From Methanobacteriota archaeon (lineage in GTDB: Archaea > Thermoplasmatota > Poseidoniia > Poseidoniales > Poseidoniaceae), in NCBI GenBank assembly GCA_002720095.2, contig PBGP02000006.1:102257-166256 (forward strand): a stretch of DNA of 64,000 nt, read 5' to 3'. Position 1 is the stretch's first letter. Each line of letters starts with the position of its first letter. Of this stretch, positions 26,347-35,200 are shown one piece after another. Both the position numbers and the translations under genes were made by a program. The notes below the pieces were generated by a model. That model searched no databases. It saw only the letters and a program-made list of their open reading frames with translations, and was not told where the DNA came from.

Positions 26347-27357
26347 TTAATTAATTAATGGAGAAAAATTAAGTTTAGACCGTTTTTCAATTTCATGATT
26401 ATCTATAAATTTACATAATGTCAAACCTAAAATTGAATAAAATAGTGTTCCAAAGTGATAAGAAGTAACTAAAAATGTTACAATAGAAAAAATTGAAGTG
26501 AACCATAAAAATGACATCATAAATCTTGTCAAGTAGTTTGTACCACCCCTACCAAGAACATACCAATCGACACCTCTTTTCCATAACTTTTTAAAAATTA
26601 AAATCGAAACCTTAGGTAAAAAAACATGGATTTTTAATTTAGACTTAGATTCATTATATATTGATTCTATTTCGACTTCATCAAGTTTAAATCCTCTTCT
26701 ACCTGATTCTAACAGCCACCAATTAGTATATCCGAAACCATTCCACTTATTCTTAAAATCCCACTTCTTTATCATTTCAAAGTCTATAGCTCTATACCCG
26801 CATTGTGGGTCATTGATCTTATTATAACCACTAGCAAATCTCATTAGTATTGTGAGTAGAAAACTACCAATTTTTCTACTTTTGGGCATGCCTTTAAGTC
26901 CGATACGCTTACCCTTAACGTGGTCTATAGATTTATTTTTAATTGGTGAAATAAGTTTATTTATCTCGCCAGGATTCATTTGCCCGTCTGCATCCATAAT
27001 TATGATTATCCATTTTTCCCGTTGAGAGAATTTTGAATTTAGTAGATCAGCTTTTTCTAAGTTTAACAAAAATTCCATTCCACTGAAAACAGCAGACCCA
27101 ACTCCTAGATTTTTTTGATTAATAATTACGAATGATTTATTATTATTACAATTGGTGAGTTCTATTCTTTCTGTTTCAATAAAAGCTTCCTCAGCTAAAA
27201 TTTGAGTTGAATCTGTAGATCCGTCGTTAATAAAAATTACTAGGTCCACAATTGCTGGTAAACTATGGATAGTGTTCTTCACCATTTGAGCTTCATTATG
27301 GGCAGGCATTATTATTGCCAATCCTAACTCATCAGACATAGCTTGCCGTGTCTTCAT
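26347..27357 (-). CDS. family 2 glycosyltransferase with C-terminal TM helices
   Basis: LAIIMPAHNEAQMV...FINDGSTDST and a D-x-D-type MDADGQM. Hydrophobic C-terminal third. Confidence 0.75.
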   Translation of the reverse strand: MKTRQAMSDELGLAIIMPAHNEAQMVKNTIHSLPAIVDLVIFINDGSTDSTQILAEEAFIETERIELTNCNNNKSFVIINQKNLGVGSAVFSGMEFLLNLEKADLLNSKFSQREKWIIIIMDADGQMNPGEINKLISPIKNKSIDHVKGKRIGLKGMPKSRKIGSFLLTILMRFASGYNKINDPQCGYRAIDFEMIKKWDFKNKWNGFGYTNWWLLESGRRGFKLDEVEIESIYNESKSKLKIHVFLPKVSILIFKKLWKRGVDWYVLGRGGTNYLTRFMMSFLWFTSIFSIVTFLVTSYHFGTLFYSILGLTLCKFIDNHEIEKRSKLNFSPLIN

Positions 27358-27436
27358 TTACTTTCAAATTAGTAGGTTTAATTAGTAATATTTCAAAAAG
27401 AGTATAACTATTCACATTCACGAACTGTTTGGTAGG

Positions 27437-28201
27437 ATGCTGATTACTTTCATATGTTCTAATCAAGATTTGAGAATACCATCATTTATTTTACGATGTA
27501 AGAATATGTTTAGTGAAATTATTGTTATTGATGATTTTATGAATAATGATGAAATTTACTCCCAAGAACTAGGTATTAATTGCTACAAAAATAAAAAATC
27601 TGAATGGAAAGATGTTTTAAAGAATCATGAAATTAAGGATGGATTCATTTTAATAAATCTCGACGAAAATTTTTGTTTTGAAAAATTAGATTCCATCTTG
27701 TCTAGAGATTTTTCAAAAATGAAAAATATTGAAATTAATTACCTTAATGAGTATGATAAAATTGCCAAAAGTGATAACATTAATGATGTTATTTCATCAG
27801 TGAATAATTTTGATTACGTCTCTTGGATATATTTTACTAAACACGGATTTGATAGCTTCCAGAATGACCAAAAAATAGGCAATTTACAAATATTTAATTT
27901 GAACTCGTGTGAATTTTCTAAATCAGAAAAAGAAAAATTGAGAAGAAGTGTTTTTGAGTTTAATATTAAAAAAAATCCGTTGATTTACTTTGGTATTCCT
28001 GGTTTAGTGTTAATGATTTCTTCACTATTTTTGGTGATTAATGTTGTCTCTAGATATCAATCTATAGATTCAGTCTCTATGGGTACTGCCATTATTACAA
28101 TTTCAACAACTGTTTTAGGAATTCTTTCTATAATGTCTGCTATCATTTCATTTATTTTTGGGAAACAAACAGAATTTATTTTAACTAATTACTCAGATTA
28201 G
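27437..28201 (+). CDS. degenerate GT2/GtrB-like membrane protein
   Basis: The N-terminus (ITFICSNQ...SEIIVIDDFMNNDE) echoes a GT2 Rossmann start, but no clear D-x-D. The C-terminal pair of TMs (LIYFGIPGLVLMISSLFLV...) resembles that of the GT2 at 40605-41531. Confidence 0.35.
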   Translation: MLITFICSNQDLRIPSFILRCKNMFSEIIVIDDFMNNDEIYSQELGINCYKNKKSEWKDVLKNHEIKDGFILINLDENFCFEKLDSILSRDFSKMKNIEINYLNEYDKIAKSDNINDVISSVNNFDYVSWIYFTKHGFDSFQNDQKIGNLQIFNLNSCEFSKSEKEKLRRSVFEFNIKKNPLIYFGIPGLVLMISSLFLVINVVSRYQSIDSVSMGTAIITISTTVLGILSIMSAIISFIFGKQTEFILTNYSD

Positions 28202-28209
28202 GTGATTAA

Positions 28210-28959
28210 ATGTATCGTGGCTTAGTTTGTTTTGATATGGATGGTGTTTTGGTAGACTATCTCTCAACATGGGAGTGGGTTTACAATAAGTTAAATTTGT
28301 CTAATAAGGAATCCTATGAAGCATTTCAAATTGGAAAACTTACTGAGTGGGAATGGATTAAGAATGATCTATTACTAATTCGTGGTGCGTTAAAAAATAA
28401 AATGAAAAATATTGAATTATACGAATTATTGTCTGATTGTCCTTTAATGAAAAATCTAAAAACAGGAATTGAAAAATTGATTTTTAATGGTTTCAAGGTT
28501 TCAATCATATCTGGTGGAATGCACCCCGTTGCACATAGGATTGCTTCACAGTTTAAATCAGAGAAAACATGGAGGAAAAGATTTGGGGGAATTGATAAAT
28601 TGAGTTCAGATTTATTCTGCTCAGGTTTAGATTCTAAATTAGATGTATTTACTAACGGTTGGAATTATGATTCAATGGGAAATATTCCTTCATTAGGGCG
28701 TTATCAAGTACAATTAATCGCTAAAGGTTCAATTGTTAGTATTCTTCAACGAAGATATTCTATAGATAAAAAGTATACTGTATCAATCGGAGATAGTAAA
28801 CAAGATAATAGTATGTTCGATTACTCTGGACTTAAAATTGCTTTCAACACCATGAATAAAGAATTAATCAATAATTCTGACATATACGTGAAAGATAAGG
28901 ATATAAATATCATAGTTGAAAAGATTTTGGATTATTTTTCTAAATTAGAATCTAATTAG
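28210..28959 (+). CDS. HAD-superfamily phosphatase
   Basis: Motif I VCFDMDGVLVD, motif II-like ISGG, motif IV GDSKQDNSMF. Confidence 0.65.
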   Translation: MYRGLVCFDMDGVLVDYLSTWEWVYNKLNLSNKESYEAFQIGKLTEWEWIKNDLLLIRGALKNKMKNIELYELLSDCPLMKNLKTGIEKLIFNGFKVSIISGGMHPVAHRIASQFKSEKTWRKRFGGIDKLSSDLFCSGLDSKLDVFTNGWNYDSMGNIPSLGRYQVQLIAKGSIVSILQRRYSIDKKYTVSIGDSKQDNSMFDYSGLKIAFNTMNKELINNSDIYVKDKDINIIVEKILDYFSKLESN

Positions 28960-30287
28960 GGTGTCACTCTTCTCGAATCTCTGGGAAATGGAATAACTTC
29001 TCGGATATGTTCTGCTCCAGAGAGCCAACTACAAACTCTCTCAACTCCCATTCCAAAACCTCCATGAGGAACACCACCAAATCTTCTAATGTCTATATAA
29101 AACTCATAAGGCTCTCTCGGAGTTCCTTCTTCATCAATACGTTCAAGAATTTCTTTTTCTGACCAAGTTCTCTCACCACCACCAATTATTTCTCCATAAC
29201 CTTCAGGAGCTAGAAGGTCGTGACACAGCACATATTTTTCATCATCTGGATCAGGTCTGTGATAGAATGGTTTGGCAATTTTAGGATAATGCGTTAGGAA
29301 ATGAGGTACGTCAAAATCTTGAGTAAGTATTTTTTCTTTTGAATAATCTAGGTCCTGTCCCCATTCAATTTCAACATTTAATTTTTGTAGTGTTTCAACC
29401 GCCTCATCATATCTCATTCTGGGATATTTTGAATCTGCATACGTAGAAATTAGTTCTAGGTCTCTTCCAAGTATGTTTAGTTCTTCAGTTCTTTCATCAA
29501 GAATAGTTTTCGCAATATGCCTTACGAGGGATTCTCCATGATTCATTACTTCATTATTCCCTCCCCATGCTATTTCCATTTCGGCATGCCAAAATTCTGT
29601 AAGGTGTCTTCTTGTTCTAGATTTCTCTGCTCTAAAAGAAGGGGCTATAGTGTATAATTTTTCCAATGCTGGCATAGCTGCTTCGGCATATAACTGCCAA
29701 GATTGGGTTAAATATGCTTTTTTCCCGAAGTATGGAACTTCGAAAAGAGTCGAACCTCCTTCAACAGCTCCAGCCACGAAGGAGGGTGCTTGATATTCAA
29801 TAAAGTCAAGATTCCTAAAATATGAATGTATTGATCCGAAAACAGTTGACCTAATCTTAAGCATTGTGGTCATTTTTTTGGTTCTTAGGTATAAATGACG
29901 ATTGTCCAATAAAAATTCAGTTTCACCGCCTTCTGAATGTTCCATTGCAGACTCTGTAATTGGAAAAGGATTTTTGGGGTGAACGGGTCCTATAATTTTG
30001 ACTGATGTAATGGATAATTCATGACCCCCTGGTGCCCTTTCATCAGATTTTACTAAACCGTTTAATATTATGCTACTCTCTATCAAAGCATTTTTAATTT
30101 CACCAAATTCACTTTCTAATATTTCAGCCTTTTTAGCAACGCATTGGATTTCACCTGTTGAATCTCTTATGGTCATAAAAACTATTTTACCACTACTTCT
30201 ATGCCTTTTAATCCATCCTTTTAATTCGATATTTTTATCAGTGTACAATCCAGATTGAATATCAGAAATCCAAATAATCTTTGCCAT
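28956..30287 (-). CDS. asnS: asparaginyl-tRNA synthetase
   Basis: KSDERAPGGHEL, FRAEKSRTRRHLTEFWHAEME (class II motif 2), and GGFGMGVERV (motif 3) are near-identical to archaeal AsnRS as I recall it. The start at Met-10 (MAKIIWISDI) fits the family N-terminus. The upstream ATG at 30314 is an alternative. Confidence 0.88.
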   Translation of the reverse strand: MAKIIWISDIQSGLYTDKNIELKGWIKRHRSSGKIVFMTIRDSTGEIQCVAKKAEILESEFGEIKNALIESSIILNGLVKSDERAPGGHELSITSVKIIGPVHPKNPFPITESAMEHSEGGETEFLLDNRHLYLRTKKMTTMLKIRSTVFGSIHSYFRNLDFIEYQAPSFVAGAVEGGSTLFEVPYFGKKAYLTQSWQLYAEAAMPALEKLYTIAPSFRAEKSRTRRHLTEFWHAEMEIAWGGNNEVMNHGESLVRHIAKTILDERTEELNILGRDLELISTYADSKYPRMRYDEAVETLQKLNVEIEWGQDLDYSKEKILTQDFDVPHFLTHYPKIAKPFYHRPDPDDEKYVLCHDLLAPEGYGEIIGGGERTWSEKEILERIDEEGTPREPYEFYIDIRRFGGVPHGGFGMGVERVCSWLSGAEHIREVIPFPRDSRRVTP

Positions 30288-30413
30288 CAAACTTATCCGA
30301 AATGAATCATTCATTTGAATCAGACGCCTAAATTTAAAGAATAATAATTATTATAATCCAATTAAAGATAAAAAAGGTCAAGAAAGATTTGTTAATGGGT
30401 ATTATGTTGGGAT

Positions 30414-31370
30414 ATGATTAGATTAGGGATTGGTGCTGAACACAAAAAGAAATTAGTATTGTATTCAATTGGAGGAAATGCATTAAGCGACCCTTCTAAG
30501 GCTAAAGATTTACAAGATAATGAAGCCCTGAAATTAGTAATGCAAGACGTTCTAGATTTATTAGAAGCGGGTTTTAATATAATTTTAACTCATGGAAATG
30601 GCCCCCAGGTGGGAGATTTGTTGTCCATGGAAGAAAATAATGCAAATAATAGCAGAGCAAGAACAGACTTGTCCACTTGGGTGGCTGCTACCCAAGGAAT
30701 GATAGGGCATGAATTATCTTTAGAACTTGACTCTCTTTTGGATATTAAATCTAGGCCTGAAAGAACAGCAGTTGTTCTAACTCGTGTTCGAGTAGATGAA
30801 AATGATTCTGCTTTTGCAAACCCCACGAAACCTGTAGGACCGATCTTAGATAAAAGTATGATTCTAGATTCTTGGGATGTTAAATTAACAGAAAGAGGGT
30901 TGAGGAGGGTTGTTGCTTCCCCCAAACCTGTAGAAGTTTTAGATTTAGATTTGATATCTAAATTAGTTGAATTAGGTGCAGTAGTAATTTGCGGTGGAGG
31001 GGGAGGTATCCCAATAAGTATTAAAGAATCATGGAGTGGAATTCCATCGGTTATTGATAAAGATAGGTTTTCTTCATTATTAGCGGTCAGTCTTGGTGTT
31101 GATGTATTTATCACATCAACAGCGATTGATCAGATTGAAATTGGTTTTGGAACAGACAAATCTGAAAAATTATCCCTAATTGATATTAAGACTGCTACTG
31201 AATATTTAGAAGATGGTGAATTTCCAGAAGGTTCTATGGGTCCTAAGGTTGAAGCGATGATTTCAGCATCGTCAAGTTTACCTGAATCAAAAATTCTTCT
31301 ATGCTCTCCAGGTAATGCACTTCGAACGTTGAGGGGGGAAACAGGTACTAGAATCATTACTAATTCATAG
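30414..31370 (+). CDS. arcC: carbamate kinase
   Basis: LYSIGGNAL, THGNGPQVG, GGGGGIP. 318 aa. Confidence 0.85.
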   Translation: MIRLGIGAEHKKKLVLYSIGGNALSDPSKAKDLQDNEALKLVMQDVLDLLEAGFNIILTHGNGPQVGDLLSMEENNANNSRARTDLSTWVAATQGMIGHELSLELDSLLDIKSRPERTAVVLTRVRVDENDSAFANPTKPVGPILDKSMILDSWDVKLTERGLRRVVASPKPVEVLDLDLISKLVELGAVVICGGGGGIPISIKESWSGIPSVIDKDRFSSLLAVSLGVDVFITSTAIDQIEIGFGTDKSEKLSLIDIKTATEYLEDGEFPEGSMGPKVEAMISASSSLPESKILLCSPGNALRTLRGETGTRIITNS

Positions 31371-31404
31371 AATAAACTAAAGAATATTATGGTCACGGCA
31401 ACAT

Positions 31405-31478
31405 GGGCCTGTAGCTTAGTCAGGTAGAGCGACGGACTCTTAATCCGTAGGCCGCGGGTTCGAACCCCGTCAGGCCCG
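31405..31478 (+). tRNA. tRNA-Lys (anticodon CUU), no encoded CCA
   Basis: Acceptor GGGCCTG/CAGGCCC. D arm GCTT-AGTCAGGTA-GAGC. Anticodon arm ACGGA-CTCTTAA-TCCGT. T arm GCGGG-TTCGAAC-CCCGT. Discriminator G. Confidence 0.92.
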
Positions 31479-32177
31479 TTTATTATTAACAATTTCAATA
31501 CCTTTTTTAGTCGATAGTACAACAACATCAGCTATGTCAAAAAATATTCCACAATCAAGTATGCCAGCTAAATTTAAGAGGGAATTTTCCAGTTTCTTAG
31601 GATTTTTAATTTGCTCTAAATGAAGGTCAAGTATGTAATTTCCGTTATCCGTAATCATGGCAACATTTGAATCTTTTATATTTCTTCTAATGATTTTTGA
31701 TTCATCTAGTTGTAATAATTTCGAAATTTTTCGTCTGGTTTCTTTCCAAGAAAACTTAATAACTTCTACTGGGAGAGGAAATTTCCCAAGAAATTGAACT
31801 TTTTTTGATTCGTCTGCTACAATAATAACTTTTTTTGCGGCTTGAGCAATAATTTTTTCTCTTACTAATGCACCACCTCCGCCTTTGATTAAAGACATAT
31901 CTTGATCGAATTCATCAGCACCATCAATAACCACATCTAATCCATTTAAACTGGAAAGTTCATACAACTCAATTCCATTTTCTAATGAAAGTTTTTCTGT
32001 GGCAATGCTCGTTGGTACACATTTAATTTCAAGATTTTCTTCTTTTATTCTTCTTGATAATTCAAGAATTGTATATTTAACAGTTGAACCCGTTCCCAAG
32101 CCAACCTTCATTCCGTTTTTAATAAATTTAGCCGCATGTATTCCAGCTTCCTTTTTTAGTTCCTCTGTACTACTCAC
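31470..32177 (-). CDS. rpiA: ribose-5-phosphate isomerase A
   Basis: KVGLGTGSTVKY, VIDGADEFD, KGGGGALVREKI. The stop and last two codons overlap the 3' acceptor strand of tRNA-Lys on the other strand. Confidence 0.85.
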   Translation of the reverse strand: MSSTEELKKEAGIHAAKFIKNGMKVGLGTGSTVKYTILELSRRIKEENLEIKCVPTSIATEKLSLENGIELYELSSLNGLDVVIDGADEFDQDMSLIKGGGGALVREKIIAQAAKKVIIVADESKKVQFLGKFPLPVEVIKFSWKETRRKISKLLQLDESKIIRRNIKDSNVAMITDNGNYILDLHLEQIKNPKKLENSLLNLAGILDCGIFFDIADVVVLSTKKGIEIVNNKRA

Positions 32178-32272
32178 ATACCTCCGAGTATAATTCAGGT
32201 GATATTAATTACTAATCAAAAAAGTTAGATATCGTAAAAGGTTTGACAAACCTTCACTATACTCGATGTTTG

Positions 32273-35200
32273 ATGGCGGAGGGGCACATAAGACAAACTG
32301 TCGCAGCCAAATTAATTATTTTGATAATAATTCTGTTTCCATTTACTGTGATTAATTTTAGTGATGCAATTCTAAACGAAGGCATTAGTAAAAACCAGAT
32401 GACAAATGCAAGTAATAATGAAATTATACAAATTGATACATATCCTAATGGTTTTTCAGATGATTTCAATTTAAAAATTCCAGATGGTAATGCATTGGAT
32501 TTACTAGAATTTGACCTAATGCCAGATGTGGATGTTTCATCTGTAAATCATGTATGGGATTCAACATCAGATTGGAGAAGTTCTTATGCAGAATATGAAA
32601 ATGTAGATTATAATTTGACAGGTTTAAGGATTAATTCGCCATCGCCTTCTTGGGATTTTGAAAATTCGAATCATGGATGGACTTTGGATGCAAATGGTGG
32701 TTGGGCATGGGGGGTTGATTCAGCAGGTTCTCACGGGGGCTCTAAAGCAATTTACACCTATTTGGGACAATATCCTAATCAGATGTCTACGACTTATTAT
32801 GCAACCTCACCCAGTGTAGATTGTTCTTCATGTAATGGGGGTTGGAATGTTAATTTTTGGAAGCAACTTGGTGTAGAAAGTAGTTCTTGGGATCACGCAT
32901 ATTTTCAAGTTAAAGGAATCAATGGTTGGGTTACTATTTGGGAAAATTCAGGATCTGTAAATGATGTAAGTTATAGCTTACAATCATATCGTGTTGATTC
33001 TTACATTGCAGGGAATAGTGACTTTAGAATTCGTTTTGGTTTAGGGCCAACTGATTTCAGTGTTACATATGATGGATGGAATATAGACGATGTTTCAATT
33101 ACTCCAGTAAGTGGCTCTGGAGTTGGTGCAGCTAAGGTAGAAGGTTCAGGTGATGCAAATTGGACAACTGCTGAAATAGGTACGGGAAAATACCACTCCG
33201 TAGATTCTGGCCCATATGGACTTCTTAATATCGTTGCAGATATCCCTTTCAATACAGGATTAGATTGGACAATAATTGATTCTAATTCTGATAAACCTGT
33301 ATTAGGGTACGAACAAAGGACAGAACTTTTTTCAGATTTGGGGAGAATTGACTGGGAAAAGCATTCAAGTATAAAAATAAAAATTCACTTATGGAGTGAT
33401 AGCTTAGAATCTCCTGAGTTAAAATCAATAATTCTTGGTAATGTTTGGAAATTCGATTTTAATCAAGAACCTAATTCCTCAGATTGGATTGGAGATGTAA
33501 ACTTAATTTCAGGTAATTTCGAAGGAAGTGGTGATTTAGTTTTTCCAAAGATTTTTTCAACGAAGCCAATAATTTCATTAAATTATGAAGTTATTGTTGT
33601 AGGTTCAGGACAACTACAGTTTAACTCAGATGAATCTTCTAATTGGAACAATATTTCAACTAGCGGAATAATTAATTTAGATAACTATTCCAAAGAGATA
33701 CAATTTAGATGGAAGTCTAATTCACAGAATTGGTCATTTCAATCTATAGAAATAGAATTTCAGACAGGAATATTGCCTCTATCTCCATTTATCGATATCG
33801 GAAAAGACGGTAAAGATGAATGGAATTTATCTATGGGTGAAATTGGGTTTTGGGGTTCACAAGATCGATGGTCCGATGGGTCAATTTCTAAATTAGTGAC
33901 TCTGAGCTCAGGCACACCTCAATATGTAGATTACTGGCTCCCATCTGATAAAGTGATTAATTTTTGTATTGATCTTACTCCCGAATCAGGACAAATTACG
34001 GAATTAGGGGCGGATTTAAGAGTAGGATCACAAATAATTTCAGAAATAGAAATCCTCAATAATATTGGAGTTTATAGACACTGTTTGAATAATTCAGAAC
34101 TTGATATATTAAATCAGAACATCTCAACAAATTCTAATATTTGGGAATCAAATGGGCAAGGTTTTGTATTAGGAAAAATAAAATTGGTAGGTATTTCTCA
34201 GAGAATTCAACTTAGTGGTTTAGACATTCTTTATCATCCGAAAGTTGAATTTAGAGAGAATTATGATTCTGCATTTATTCGGACAATTAATAATTTCTTA
34301 AGTGATACAATGATTACAAATGGTGAAAAAGTTATTTCAATACCAATATTTTCTGAATTGACATCTACTTTGTTGGTTGAGATAATAGATTTACATTCTA
34401 CTTCTGGATTAATAACTGAAGAATTAACATTAATTAATTCTACAACTCCATTAGTTTCTTCTGAAATATGGCTTGAATTAGAATCAAAACATTCGGTATC
34501 TGAAGGCACAATTAAATCTATAGAATATGACTTTACATCAAAGTTAAATCAAATTAATTTTGTTTACGAACTTGATGATGTGAACAAAACTATTTCAGAT
34601 TCAAGTGATTTAATTGAAGTAGAGAAACATAGCTATTTTGAATCAAATTCAGATAACACGTCAAAACTTAGATTTAGAATTAACCCCATTTGGGATGATG
34701 ATTTTGAACTTGAATTACAAGTAAGAATTGTCAGAAATGACGGAATAAAAGGAGTTCCAGAAAAAATTTTAATTGGTTCAAATACATACCAATCCATTGA
34801 AAATGATATTGAAATCAAATCTTGGTCAGTTACAAATGATTTAGGCAAATTAATTCCAGAGGGAATGCCATATTTGAAATCTGGGTCTAACATAACAATA
34901 GAAGTTAAATTGGGATTTGAGAATATTTCTTCTTCTTTACATTATCCCAAATCTGGAGATTTAGAAGTATTTGTCCTCGAAAATGGATTTGAAATTGGGA
35001 GAACAGATAAATTAACCAATGGGCGAGTTAGTTTTGTAAGATTAATACCATTTGGACCAGGTGATTTAAATTATGAAATAAAATTAAATTTAAAAAATTC
35101 TCAAATAGATACGACTAAAATACAGATAAATAGAACTTTCATAGCGGATTCATTAGCTCCAAAATTAATTTCAACTAATCTTGAGAGGTATGATTATCGT

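Noticed and set aside
30590-31528. Antisense or shadow ORFs. Examples here are 30590-31114(-) and 31130-31528(-). The same class includes 1426-1608, 2310-2570, 3427-3732, 3963-4373, 5039-5254, 7602-7847, 9357-9602, 39014-39343, 41188-41604, 47567-47932 and 52196-52693.
   Set aside because: Each lies wholly inside, or opposite, a gene with strong family motifs. They have low-complexity or odd composition and no recognisable motif. The 31130-31528 ORF also runs through tRNA-Lys. I treat them as non-coding shadows.
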